Positions 9,893 through 19,261 of a stretch of 61,371 bases of DNA are shown one piece after another (positions within the stretch are counted from its first letter, which is position 1; every line of letters begins with the position of its first letter). The stretch spans positions 1-61,371 of IMG/VR virus record IMGVR_UViG_3300037296_000114; one strand, written 5' to 3'. This stretch comes from a virus. Lineage: Duplodnaviria; Caudoviricetes. The position numbers were made by a program, and so were the translations under genes. The notes below the pieces were generated by a model that was not told the origin of the DNA, made no database searches, and saw only the letters and a list, made by a program, of their open reading frames with translations.

Positions 9893-10564
9893 TTATTCAG
9901 CCTCAACCAGCCCCATTTCAGCAGCTTTAGTGCGGATGAATTTCAGCACGGTTTCACGCTTGGCTTGGCCGTTTGGTTCACGGTCATGCGTTGCGACAAA
10001 TGCGGCCTTGATTGCCTCGTCGTCGGCGCTGTCAGGCATGGACAGAACGGCGGACACAAGATCGGCCTGCTCCTTCGATAGCCCGGATGCCTTCACGGCG
10101 GCATTGTAGCGGGCGCGCTCGGCTTTATCAGCGGCGGCCTTCTCGGCGGCGGCTTTGTCTTCTGCGGCCTTGTCTGCGGCTGCGCGTTCGGCCTCGGTCG
10201 CCTTATCCAGCGGATCGTTGACCGGCTCGGTTGGCGACTTGGTGTCAGGCTCGTTTGGCTCTGCGGCCTTGTCTGCGGCCGTCTTGCGGGCCTGCTCGGT
10301 TTCCGGCATGTCGGGATCGGTATCATCCGCCGCGTCTGGGTCTGCTGGTGGCTCGTCGTCGCTGGCAACGCCGCGCTCTTTCGCTACTTCTTCGCGATAA
10401 ATCTTGTAGGCTTCGCTGACGGACAGGAATTTTGCCACATGCTCGTCGTCCTCTACATCTTCGATGTGAGGCCCGTTCGGCACGCGCGGCTGGAAGTGGT
10501 ATTTCACGCCGCCCATAGTGACCTTTGTACCTTTATTCCGCTCAATTTTGCTTTGGATCAGCAT
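9893..10564 (-). CDS. Virion-associated protein with Ala/Lys/Glu-rich linker
   Basis: 223 aa, in operon, SD GGAG. Confidence 0.6.
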   Translation of the reverse strand: MLIQSKIERNKGTKVTMGGVKYHFQPRVPNGPHIEDVEDDEHVAKFLSVSEAYKIYREEVAKERGVASDDEPPADPDAADDTDPDMPETEQARKTAADKAAEPNEPDTKSPTEPVNDPLDKATEAERAAADKAAEDKAAAEKAAADKAERARYNAAVKASGLSKEQADLVSAVLSMPDSADDEAIKAAFVATHDREPNGQAKRETVLKFIRTKAAEMGLVEAE

Positions 10565-10592
10565 GTGGGTTTACTCCGGTTGTTGCTGCGTG

Positions 10593-10619
10593 AAAAAGGG
10601 CGGCTCATAGGGGCCGCCC
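10593..10619 (-). terminator. Rho-independent terminator
   Basis: GGGCGGC/GCCGCCC stem followed by T5 on the minus strand. Confidence 0.7.
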
Positions 10620-10625
10620 GTTGGT

Positions 10626-11069
10626 TTAGAAGGTGTACTGGAACACCAGCGTAAGTGTCGCGGCGCCTGCGGCCTGATTGGCTGACAGTTGCACACCAAT
10701 GCCGCGATGCTTGTCCGACGGCGCGATTGCGAGACATTCCGCCATTGTGGCGGTGTCGCCTGCGGCGGTGGTCGGTGCGGCTGCGAACAGCGTGTCTGCG
10801 GTCAGGTCGCGGGTGTCGTCATTGTCACCAGCCTCGCCATCCAGCAGGCTTACCTCCGCTGTGGTGGCAGCGGTTACGCCGTCGCCAAAGACAGACGCGG
10901 CGATGATGCGGGCACCGGCTGGCAGCGTGGCAATCTCGATCAGATCAGTGGCTGTCGCGTAGGCTTTTGTGAACGCGAAACTGGCGATGCAGGCACCGAC
11001 AAGGCCGCTTTGATAGACCGAAGGGGGCGTGTCGATGCGACGTGCGATTTTGGACTGTTGAAGGGCCAT
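10626..11069 (-). CDS. Capsid decoration/minor head protein
   Basis: 147 aa, beta-rich, DLIEIATLPAGARI motif; directly after the major capsid gene. Confidence 0.6.
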   Translation of the reverse strand: MALQQSKIARRIDTPPSVYQSGLVGACIASFAFTKAYATATDLIEIATLPAGARIIAASVFGDGVTAATTAEVSLLDGEAGDNDDTRDLTADTLFAAAPTTAAGDTATMAECLAIAPSDKHRGIGVQLSANQAAGAATLTLVFQYTF

Positions 11070-11138
11070 TGGCTTCCTCTCTTCCGTGTGTGTGGTTGTG
11101 CGCAGGGCTGGTTATTCAGCCCCGCGCGTTAGATCGCC

Positions 11139-12242
11139 TTACTGGCTGACAGGCGCGGTTGCGGCGGTGTCGATTGCCATGACGCCGAAGTCAGACTTGC
11201 CAAAGCGGGTCTTGGTGAACCCGACAATCGTACCGGCGCAAACGGTCGGCTCGTTGTCGAAGTCTTCCATTTCCTCTTTCCACGAGAAGCGGGAACCCTT
11301 GGCAACGCCATAGGCGCAGATGCCAGCCTGACGGCCCATGAACAGGGCGCGGCTTGCTTCCACGTCACCGCCGACACCGTAGTCGTCAAAGCGGATGGTG
11401 GAGGGGTGGCTGTGCAGAACGACGTTGTTGATCATGCCAAGGTTGCCCTTGAAGATCTTGTTCTTGTTGCCCTCGGCAGCAGCAGCCGCCTTTTGGACCT
11501 CAAGCCAGCCGCCTGTGCCGGTCGCCGTGCGCATGTCATGCTCCTGATAGGGAGACATGACGGTCACATAGCGGTTCTCGCCTTCGATGGTGACAGGCAC
11601 CATGTTGGCGGTGGATGGATCACGGGCGCGCATCATGGCCGCGACCGTGACGGCGCGCTCAATCAGTTCGCGGCTCATAACGTCCGCAGTGGTCAGGCTG
11701 CCCTTGGACACGGCGGACCCACCAAACAGCAAGTGCTGGTTATCAGGCGCTCGCAGTGGGTTGCCACCGTGGCCGGTGTAGTCTTCGTCTTCGATGAAGT
11801 CTTCGTTCATGCCGCGCGCACCGGACAGGTAGATGAACATGAGTTCATCCATGTACTTCGCCCAATAGTCGCCAAGGCGGTTCTTACCGACTTTGCGCAG
11901 ATCGTGGGCGGTGCGCTTGCGGGTCATTTTACCGCCAGCGGACACGGTTTTGCGAAGCTGGTCGATGATCACTTCGTCCGTATAGAATTTCAGGTTCTCT
12001 TCCTTGCCCTTGACGCGCTTGTCGCCAGACGTGGGCTTGCCGCGCAACTGCACAGACAGGTCGAAGCTGATGCTGTCGCCCTGATCGGATTCGAGGTCCG
12101 TTTTTTCTTCGATGATGTTGTTGTCGCCACGTCCGACAAACTTCTTGGTGAAGTAGGCTTTTTCGAGCGTGTCGATAGCGAGGTTAGCAGACCATTTCTT
12201 TTGGGCCTTAACGTCGCCAAAGGGGATTACCGTTTGGGTCAT
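11139..12242 (-). CDS. Major capsid protein (N4-gp56/DUF4043 family)
   Basis: Begins MTQTVIPFGD; GDSISFDLSVQLRG...EENLKFYTDEVIIDQLR and KTRF...DFGVMAIDTAA; SD GAGGA. Confidence 0.9.
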   Translation of the reverse strand: MTQTVIPFGDVKAQKKWSANLAIDTLEKAYFTKKFVGRGDNNIIEEKTDLESDQGDSISFDLSVQLRGKPTSGDKRVKGKEENLKFYTDEVIIDQLRKTVSAGGKMTRKRTAHDLRKVGKNRLGDYWAKYMDELMFIYLSGARGMNEDFIEDEDYTGHGGNPLRAPDNQHLLFGGSAVSKGSLTTADVMSRELIERAVTVAAMMRARDPSTANMVPVTIEGENRYVTVMSPYQEHDMRTATGTGGWLEVQKAAAAAEGNKNKIFKGNLGMINNVVLHSHPSTIRFDDYGVGGDVEASRALFMGRQAGICAYGVAKGSRFSWKEEMEDFDNEPTVCAGTIVGFTKTRFGKSDFGVMAIDTAATAPVSQ

Positions 12243-12280
12243 TTTGATGTCCTCATGTTGGATCGGTTGAGCCAGCATAA

Positions 12281-12318
12281 GCACATCTTGCGCCATACTA
12301 CGGAGACGCCTACCACAT
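12281..12318 (-). promoter_or_regulatory. Putative late promoter motif, copy 1 (upstream of major capsid gene)
   Basis: GCACATCTTGCGC-N11-GACGCCTACCACAT on the + strand, shared with 38578-38614 and partly with 53767-53785. Confidence 0.7.
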
Positions 12319-12330
12319 ATGGTATAATCA

Positions 12331-12364
12331 GGGAAGCCCAAACCGTTTCTGGTCCGGGCTTCCC
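12331..12364. terminator. Stem-loop between the csrA-like gene and the capsid promoter
   Basis: GGGAAGCCC...GGGCTTCCC inverted repeat. Confidence 0.5.
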
Positions 12365-12396
12365 TCTTTCGTGTCGCGCGTGCGTAACGCTTCTAT

Positions 12397-12576
12397 TTAG
12401 GCGGGCGCTGCGTCTCCGCAGTCTGGAATAATGTCTCCGCCGCGTGCATGCTTGATTTGCGTGTCGGCTGGGGCTTGAATTGCCAGCTTCAAGTTCTCGC
12501 CCGTCACTTTGCGCACCACGATCACAACGCCACCGATAGTGAGGCAGTCGCCGGTTTTTACTTTTCGTATCAGCAT
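12397..12576 (-). CDS. csrA: CsrA/RsmA-like small RNA-binding protein (divergent)
   Basis: MLIRKVKTGDCLTIGGVVIVVRKVTGENLKLAIQAPADTQIKH aligns with CsrA (G-E/D-x-L-x-IG...V-R/K-I/L-x-I-x-AP...H). Confidence 0.7.
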   Translation of the reverse strand: MLIRKVKTGDCLTIGGVVIVVRKVTGENLKLAIQAPADTQIKHARGGDIIPDCGDAAPA

Positions 12577-12595
12577 CTGCCGAACCTTTCTGTGG

Positions 12596-13420
12596 TTATG
12601 AAATGTCGCGGGATGCAAAGTCGTCCCGCTGTTCTGGTGTCAGGCGGCGCATGGCGTCCTCGATCTGGTCGCTGTCACCGCGCTCAATCAGCAGTTCCAG
12701 CGCCGCATAGGGGCTGTCCACAACGCCAGACATATCGGACGCGGGGGCGCGGGCCAGTGATGGGGGCGGCGTGCGCATATCCTCGCCCTTCTCTTCCGCC
12801 TTTGGCGCTGGCTTTGCGCCTTTCAGGGGGGGCACGCCTTTAACCGCTCCACCCGCAATCATGCGGTGCGCCTCTGCAAGCTGCTCTGAATAACTCATAG
12901 CCGCGTAGGCGGAGTTTCCAGTAACCATGCGGACGGCTCCGTCGAAGGCTTTGAGCGCTGCATCGCTTTCCTGAAAGCCGGGGTTGGTCTTCATGTATCT
13001 GGCCACGGCGCCGTTCCACTGCTTTTCCTCTTGGTCTGCGGCGTGCTGGGCAACCGCCCGCTGCCCCACCAGTTCAGAGGACTGTTCGGCAATGCGGTTC
13101 AGTTCCTCTTTGTACTCTGCGCTGGTCAGGTCGCCGTCGTCGTACTTTTCGAGCAACGCCTCGCGTTCTTCGTTGAGGGCGGTGAGGTTGCCGTCAATCT
13201 CCTGAATGTCCACGCTGGGAGCGGGTGCCTGCTCCTGCTCTGAGGCTGCGGCTTCTAGATCATCTTCGCCACCAGTACCGGCAGCGGCTGTTGCTGCGGC
13301 GTCCTCAAGCGCTGCGTCTGCATTGCCGTCGCCGTCTTGGTGGTCCTCCATGTAGTCGCTGTCTTCGAGTGCCGCGCGCTCTGCGTCGGTCAGCAGGTCG
13401 TCATAATCGTTATCGGCCAT
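12596..13420 (-). CDS. Capsid scaffolding protein
   Basis: Acidic, helical 274 aa between portal and capsid genes. Confidence 0.7.
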   Translation of the reverse strand: MADNDYDDLLTDAERAALEDSDYMEDHQDGDGNADAALEDAAATAAAGTGGEDDLEAAASEQEQAPAPSVDIQEIDGNLTALNEEREALLEKYDDGDLTSAEYKEELNRIAEQSSELVGQRAVAQHAADQEEKQWNGAVARYMKTNPGFQESDAALKAFDGAVRMVTGNSAYAAMSYSEQLAEAHRMIAGGAVKGVPPLKGAKPAPKAEEKGEDMRTPPPSLARAPASDMSGVVDSPYAALELLIERGDSDQIEDAMRRLTPEQRDDFASRDIS

Positions 13421-13441
13421 GATTAGGCTCCTTTGGTTGGG

Positions 13442-13681
13442 TTAGTCTGAAATTTCGCGGCTATGTGCTGCGAGGTTGTGTATTGCCATCGTTAGGAGGC
13501 CCACTGCTTCCACGGCGTCGGCTGTGTCGAACCCCGTGGTGAATTTTCCATCGGTAAGCGTTCCTCCGAATACGATGGAGCGCAGTTCGCCCGACTTGGC
13601 GCGTTCCAGCAATTTCTCGCAAACGTCGATCACGCGCTGTTCGGGCTTTGCTTTCCCGATCTGGATGGGGGTTGTCTTCAT
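13442..13681 (-). CDS. Hypothetical protein
   Basis: 79 aa, ATGA overlap with portal; LLERAKSGELRSI motif common in phages. Confidence 0.65.
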   Translation of the reverse strand: MKTTPIQIGKAKPEQRVIDVCEKLLERAKSGELRSIVFGGTLTDGKFTTGFDTADAVEAVGLLTMAIHNLAAHSREISD

Positions 13682-15984
13682 GGCATCATGCCTCCTTGTG
13701 GGCCTGCGGGTGCAGGCATGGGTTGTTCTTGCGCCATAGGGTCAACTGGCGGCGCTACGGGCTGCTGTTGTGGCATGGCGGGTTGCTGTGGCGCCGGTTC
13801 AGAGGGTTGCCCCGCAAAGCCTGCTTCGAGAAGGAAGCTGTCAGCGACTGCCGCGACGGCTTGGTCGCCAGCGATGGCGATGGCGGCCTCGATCGCTTTC
13901 ATCTGGGTGTCGACGTCCTGCCCAGACGTCTTGGACAGGATCGCGCGTATCTCGGCCTTCACCTTCTCGCTTTGACCGATGGAGAGGGCAGCGCGGGCTT
14001 GACGCTCTGCCGCTGTGGCCTCTTTCTCGGCTACCTCGGCCTCTTGCGCACGCTGCTGCATCTTCTGCTGTGCGGCCTGTGCCTGCTTGCGTGCGATGGT
14101 TTCCTCGTCGGGGTTGTCAGGGTCTGCGTCTGGGTCTTCAGCCCCTGTGAGGCTACGCACGCGCTTCACCAACTCTTCGCGCTGCGGCACGTCCATCGTC
14201 TCAATGAGAAGATCGAGGATCGCCATAACCACCTCTGGGGAGGTGCCCGCCAGCATCTGCATCAACTCAATAAGCTGTTGCGTCTGCGCTTGCCGGATAG
14301 TGCTGTTCCAATCCTCTTCGCTGATGATGAAATCAGCCTTGCTTGAAACAATATCGTTCTCGGGAAGCCCGTCGTTGACCGTGATAAACTCGGGCCGTCC
14401 GCGCTGGTTGGTAATGCGGAATTGCTTTTCCTGCTCCATGAATTGTTCTGTGAGGGACAGCATCTTTTCGCCATGGACCTGACGCGCATAGCGCAGGTTG
14501 TCGAAGATCGTGCTTGTTGCCAGTGAGCCTTGATCCTGACGCGCTACGATAGCCTTGCCGCTGGTGGCGTTGGTCGTGCGCCCCATATTCTCGTCTGTGA
14601 TGCCACTGGCCTGCTGCACCATGCTGATAGAGCGAGACATAATGTCGAGGTGCGCGGGTGCCAACTCGCGGTCCACGCCCATTTCAAGCTGCTTACCCTG
14701 CCGTTTGACGATGATGCCGTCTGGCCGGTTCGCTTCTTCTTGGAACGTCGCCATGTCGGCAACCGCGCCCTCGTCCATGATCGTCTTGTTGGTGGACAAG
14801 ATGTAGAGAGCCTTCGAGAAACGCTTGTTAATGTCGCTCTGCGGGTCTCGCATCTGGCGCACCGGTGCATAGGGCATGTTGTCCCGGTCCATCCGGTAGG
14901 CCCAGATCGGGGTGAATGGGTAGAGGTTGTGGCGGTACGGTGACTTTGACAGGTGCAGGAGGCCGTTCTCGGTCATGATTGCCACGAACATGCGCATCCG
15001 CACACGCCTGGTCACTGACGCGCGGCCCGCTTCGACCTCGCGCATGTGGCCTTGGCTCTGCGGGTCGAACAATTCGCCACGGAATTGCCCGCCGCTCATG
15101 TACTTGTCCTCTACGGGCACGCGAAACCATGCCTCGATCACACGCAGGCGTCGACGGTCTGACTGTTCGTGCGCTAGGCCACTGGACAGGGATAGCTGGT
15201 GTGCGTCCTCCATCGCGTCCATTGCATCATCCCCGCTGCCGGATAGGGCTTGCAAGAAGTCGAGGGTGTTGGATGCCGCAATCTCGATCTGATATTTGCG
15301 CTCTGGGAACATGTGGGCCGCAATGTCGGTGTCCATCCACTTCGAGCGGAACATGAACCGCGCGTCGCTCAAGTCTGGCTCCATCGCAATGCTGTCCCAT
15401 AGCATGTTGCGCCACGTCTCGCGGCGGTCGAAGATGGGTTCGCCCTCGTCGTCGGCCTGCACGCCGCTTTCCAGCCAGCCCACGCCCACCTTGGCGCAGT
15501 CTGCAAACGCGGCAGAGACGTGGAACTCACTGCGGTTGACGTCTGACAGGTACTTGAGCAACTGGCTCTTGCGCTCTGCTGCCTTGCTGGCCTCTTTTTG
15601 GCGGGGGAGGATCTTGTAATCCGTGCGCCCGCGCTTCTCGGTGCCCAGCAGCCATTGATAGGAGGTCGCAATCACGTTGTAGACAAGCGGCTGTTGACCG
15701 CGTGCGCGCAGGAGCGCTGCGTCTTGGCTGTCCCATTGCAGGCCGTCCACAAAGTCGGCGTCGATTGCCTGCTGGCGTCTGTTGACCTCCTGACGCAGCA
15801 ACTCCGACTGGTAGAACCCAAGAAGTTTGCTGTGGAGCGCCTGATAGTCGATGTTGTCGAGTTTGTTCGAGACAACTTTCTCTGTGATGGGCTGCTTTGC
15901 CAGCCGGTCGATGGGGTCGTTCGACTTGCGGCCGCCGTCCGTCACCTGACCCGCAAAGGCTGGATCATCCTGTGTATTATACAA
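13678..15984 (-). CDS. Portal protein (P22-like)
   Basis: DFVDGLQW...RGQQPLVYNVI, RQMRDPQSDINKR, ATSGKAIVARQDQG motifs. Confidence 0.9.
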   Translation of the reverse strand: MYNTQDDPAFAGQVTDGGRKSNDPIDRLAKQPITEKVVSNKLDNIDYQALHSKLLGFYQSELLRQEVNRRQQAIDADFVDGLQWDSQDAALLRARGQQPLVYNVIATSYQWLLGTEKRGRTDYKILPRQKEASKAAERKSQLLKYLSDVNRSEFHVSAAFADCAKVGVGWLESGVQADDEGEPIFDRRETWRNMLWDSIAMEPDLSDARFMFRSKWMDTDIAAHMFPERKYQIEIAASNTLDFLQALSGSGDDAMDAMEDAHQLSLSSGLAHEQSDRRRLRVIEAWFRVPVEDKYMSGGQFRGELFDPQSQGHMREVEAGRASVTRRVRMRMFVAIMTENGLLHLSKSPYRHNLYPFTPIWAYRMDRDNMPYAPVRQMRDPQSDINKRFSKALYILSTNKTIMDEGAVADMATFQEEANRPDGIIVKRQGKQLEMGVDRELAPAHLDIMSRSISMVQQASGITDENMGRTTNATSGKAIVARQDQGSLATSTIFDNLRYARQVHGEKMLSLTEQFMEQEKQFRITNQRGRPEFITVNDGLPENDIVSSKADFIISEEDWNSTIRQAQTQQLIELMQMLAGTSPEVVMAILDLLIETMDVPQREELVKRVRSLTGAEDPDADPDNPDEETIARKQAQAAQQKMQQRAQEAEVAEKEATAAERQARAALSIGQSEKVKAEIRAILSKTSGQDVDTQMKAIEAAIAIAGDQAVAAVADSFLLEAGFAGQPSEPAPQQPAMPQQQPVAPPVDPMAQEQPMPAPAGPQGGMMP

Positions 15985-16414
15985 AGTCCCATACCCCCGC
16001 TTCGCGGGTCTTGCCCGTGTTGGTATCGGTCTGCTCCACGTCGGCCACGCGAACCATGTCGGCGTCTGTGAGGGGGCGCATGGTCAGCAGGTCGCCAAGG
16101 TGGTCGCGGATGATCGAGGTGAGGCGCAGCAGCGTGCGCGGGTCGTTCTGGGATAGCCCCAGCGCCGCAGCGAATTGCCACGTCATTTGCGCGCAGTGGA
16201 TGGCGTCGCCTGTGTACTCGTCCCACATGTAGGCCAGATCGAGGGGGACAAGGCATGGTGTTACCTTGTCCGCGTCGAGGGTGCGGCGGCTGTTTGGCAT
16301 CAGGACCATAACAGGCCGCCCGTTGTGCATAGACCATGTGCCTATGACCACGACGTCGCCCTGCTCTCGCTTCCAGTCGTATCGGGTTAGATCAATGATA
16401 GGTGTATCGCTCAC
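15977..16414 (-). CDS. Conserved hypothetical protein between terL and portal
   Basis: GTG start overlapping the terL stop (GTGA); 145 aa. Confidence 0.6.
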   Translation of the reverse strand: MSDTPIIDLTRYDWKREQGDVVVIGTWSMHNGRPVMVLMPNSRRTLDADKVTPCLVPLDLAYMWDEYTGDAIHCAQMTWQFAAALGLSQNDPRTLLRLTSIIRDHLGDLLTMRPLTDADMVRVADVEQTDTNTGKTREAGVWDFV

Positions 16415-18096
16415 GATGCCATTCCTCCTTGGGGTTGGCTGCGGCGGACCTTCTTGATCGCGGCATATGAATTTGTCAGTGCTGTTGCGGGGTCGAAGCC
16501 TTGCGCCCACTGGCGCAGGGCGTCTGCTGCCTCGGAGTGTCCATCGCCTTTCTCTGGCTCGTTGGACCACAAACCAAGGCGGCTGTTCCATTTCTTGTGG
16601 TATAGAGAAACGTGGTTGAGACCTTCCTTGCACCCTACCTCGTCAAAGTACGCCTGATTGAACTTGCTGCGCAGAAGGTCGATACCGTTCTGGAGAAATT
16701 GCACGCGCGGGACGATTTCGAAATTCCAGCTTGGCGCAAGCTCTGATAGCAGATCCTGCGGCGAAGCTACCCTATCCTGCATTTGCCGCTGGTGTGATGC
16801 GTCATGAGGCAGGTAGTGCGTGCCAAAAACCACGCCAAGGTTCATTAGCTTTGATACGAAGAACTCGTATGATTGCGCCCAATCCTCAATAAACAAAGGG
16901 AACCGGTGCTGTGATCCCACATACTGCATCAGCCATATCGCCGTGCCATCTCCTGCGCCTATATCCCAGAATGTGTGGACGGGTACGTTGGTGATGAACG
17001 GATAGCGCCCTATGCGGCCTTCCGATCTGGCTCTGGATAGCTGCGGGGCAAAGAACGTGCCTGCTGTAGACTGCATCCAGCACTCTGCGGGTGTCGACGG
17101 GTTTTCCTGCCACATACGTTCAGGATCGCCGTTCATTTCGTTCTCGCGCTTGGAGACGTACCACTTGCGTTGTCGCAGGTCGATCTTGCAGCACATTTCA
17201 TTTTCTATGCCGTCGAAGTATTCGTGATCTGTTGCGCTTACTGGCGTGTTGTCGTTGGCAGGGCTCCTGTATCCGGCGTGCTGCCACCATGAGTAAAAGA
17301 AGAACCGAAAATCGCCCCTGTCGAGAGTTTTCCCCATCTGTGCCTTTGCCTCGGCCCTTGTCGCATAGTCAAAGAACGCGCCACTGCGTCCTTCTGCTGT
17401 GCTCTCTATGATCACAATGCCAGTGCCAGGTACTGATGGAATAGAACCTCTTATGATTTCCTCTGCTTTAGCAGGGTACTTCACGCCAATCTTACCTAAC
17501 TCACTCACATGCAATCGGTGGATTGTTCCACCGCGCATCGAGGTCGCCACACGTATGCTGCTGCTGTTGTGCGCAAAATAAAGAGTTGTTTCAGTCTGTT
17601 TGCGGGTGGGAAACATCTCAAGAATTTCAGGGGGTAGGTTTTCATATGCAAAAATTACTTTGTCGCGGAATATAACCTCTGCATCCTCTTGGGTATGCGC
17701 AATAATACCTACGCGCTGACCGGTGACGAATAGCGCGTGATCAAGCCACATGATCGCAGACATGGTGGTCATGCCAAGCTGCCGGGCTTTAAGGATCACG
17801 TTTCGGTAGTGCAAGTTTTCCACGAAGTCGCGCTGCTCTGCGTTTGGCTTGAATTGGACTATCTCACCAACATCGTCGTCGTCATTCTTGGTTAGGATCT
17901 TGTAAAGCTGGCCGGATAACACGCGCCAGCGCCATGACCGCAGGCACCACTCCATTTCGGCCTCTGTGGTGGGCACAAAGTCTTCCGGCGCCGGTCCTGT
18001 GAGGACTGCGTGCGGGGTAGCTTTATGTGCCTGCTGTTGGGTCACGTCGCTATCTGGTGTTTTCTGGGTGGATTTCGTCGGACAGGCGGTATTCAT
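16411..18096 (-). CDS. terL: Terminase large subunit
   Basis: ILKARQLGMTT Walker A, LHVSE Walker B, IESTAEG, FWDIG nuclease motif, SEAADALR. Confidence 0.95.
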   Translation of the reverse strand: MNTACPTKSTQKTPDSDVTQQQAHKATPHAVLTGPAPEDFVPTTEAEMEWCLRSWRWRVLSGQLYKILTKNDDDDVGEIVQFKPNAEQRDFVENLHYRNVILKARQLGMTTMSAIMWLDHALFVTGQRVGIIAHTQEDAEVIFRDKVIFAYENLPPEILEMFPTRKQTETTLYFAHNSSSIRVATSMRGGTIHRLHVSELGKIGVKYPAKAEEIIRGSIPSVPGTGIVIIESTAEGRSGAFFDYATRAEAKAQMGKTLDRGDFRFFFYSWWQHAGYRSPANDNTPVSATDHEYFDGIENEMCCKIDLRQRKWYVSKRENEMNGDPERMWQENPSTPAECWMQSTAGTFFAPQLSRARSEGRIGRYPFITNVPVHTFWDIGAGDGTAIWLMQYVGSQHRFPLFIEDWAQSYEFFVSKLMNLGVVFGTHYLPHDASHQRQMQDRVASPQDLLSELAPSWNFEIVPRVQFLQNGIDLLRSKFNQAYFDEVGCKEGLNHVSLYHKKWNSRLGLWSNEPEKGDGHSEAADALRQWAQGFDPATALTNSYAAIKKVRRSQPQGGMAS

Positions 18097-18454
18097 AGCC
18101 TGTCAGGTCAAAGTCGCGGTGCAACGGCAGGCCGCAGCCCTTGAGGCGGTACAGCGGCGGCCCATTACTGCACTCGAAGTCGACCAACAGCGGCCCTTCG
18201 TGGCGGACCAGCAGCATGAAGGCCGATTCACTGATCGTGATGGATACGGGCTTGGGCGGGCAGTCTCCGGCGCTGATTAAGATTTCTGCCACGCTCAAGA
18301 AGTAATCGCAGTCAGTTCCGTTAAGATCGAGGACAGGCTCCAGCGCCTTTCTCCATTCGGCGCCAGCGATCAGAGCATCCAGTACGTCGTCGTTGATCTG
18401 CTCGAATAGCTGCGCGGCTGTAGGCGCGTCTGGGATTGCGTGGTTATCCATCAT
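18050..18454 (-). CDS. Hypothetical protein
   Basis: 134 aa, coupled by ATGA overlap. Confidence 0.55.
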   Translation of the reverse strand: MMDNHAIPDAPTAAQLFEQINDDVLDALIAGAEWRKALEPVLDLNGTDCDYFLSVAEILISAGDCPPKPVSITISESAFMLLVRHEGPLLVDFECSNGPPLYRLKGCGLPLHRDFDLTGYEYRLSDEIHPENTR

Positions 18455-18642
18455 GCCCTCACCCCCATCGTTGCTGTGACCGTGGCCAGCGCCTTTGCCA
18501 GCCTTGCGCGGATGCCTGCGGTCTTGTTGGACTTGGTGGACTTGCAGGGGCAGTCTGCCAGCGCGACTTGCAGGCTGTGGACCTCGGACAAAGGCACGCG
18601 AATGACCGCGAACCCGTCCTCAACTGTGACGCGGCGGCCCAT
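18451..18642 (-). CDS. Hypothetical protein
   Basis: 63 aa starting MGRRVTVEDG, TGATG coupling. Confidence 0.5.
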   Translation of the reverse strand: MGRRVTVEDGFAVIRVPLSEVHSLQVALADCPCKSTKSNKTAGIRARLAKALATVTATMGVRA

Positions 18643-18995
18643 CAGTGCATGGCCTTTGCGGGCTTGACGCAATCGTCACAAGTGCATCTGGCCTCGCTGG
18701 TCAGGTCGTGTCCGTGCAGCAGCCCCTGCTGTACAAGGCTGGCTGTAATGCCCAGCATGTTGCCAACCATATCCTCTATGGATTGCATAAAGTCCCGTTG
18801 ACCTGCCGTGCTGAATAGATATGCGCGGAGAAGCGGCATTGCGGCTTCTTGCAACGCCTCTGTGACCGCTTCGGCCTCCATGTCGCGCCCGCCGTCGCGC
18901 GAGCGCATGGCCTCGTCCAGCGCGTCCTGCAATGAGGCAAAATCAACGGAAATGTTCGCGACCATTGCGTCTGGCTTTTCGGGTGCGTCAGTCAT
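18642..18995 (-). CDS. Hypothetical protein
   Basis: 117 aa, coupled overlaps, C-terminal CxCxxC. Confidence 0.55.
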   Translation of the reverse strand: MTDAPEKPDAMVANISVDFASLQDALDEAMRSRDGGRDMEAEAVTEALQEAAMPLLRAYLFSTAGQRDFMQSIEDMVGNMLGITASLVQQGLLHGHDLTSEARCTCDDCVKPAKAMH

Positions 18996-19261
18996 ACCGG
19001 CTGCCCCCCTGCACGCAGCATGGCATCTGCCATGAGGTAACAGTCACGGGCAATGTCGTCATGGCTTGCGTCGTTGTCAGCGTTTGCAATCAGCGCCAAC
19101 CCCGCGAAGTATTCGCGCAGCGTCATGCCGCCCTGCTCGTGCATGATCGGCTGCTTTGGGAACGCTGGCCCGCCGTCTGCTGGCTTAGGCGGGAAAAACT
19201 CGCCGCGCTCCTTCATGGCCTTGAGGTCTTTAAGATACGCGGTTTTAATGTTGTCTGTCAT
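18992..19261 (-). CDS. Conserved small phage protein
   Basis: GGPAFP...GMTLREYFA...YLMADAML motif widespread in phages. Confidence 0.7.
   Translation of the reverse strand: MTDNIKTAYLKDLKAMKERGEFFPPKPADGGPAFPKQPIMHEQGGMTLREYFAGLALIANADNDASHDDIARDCYLMADAMLRAGGQPV

Noticed and set aside
11406-12431. Long antisense ORFs (also 19282-20484, 32185-33180, 45631-46641, 51391-52350, 56209-57141)
   Set aside because: Shadow frames of real genes in GC-rich DNA, with no recognisable motifs.
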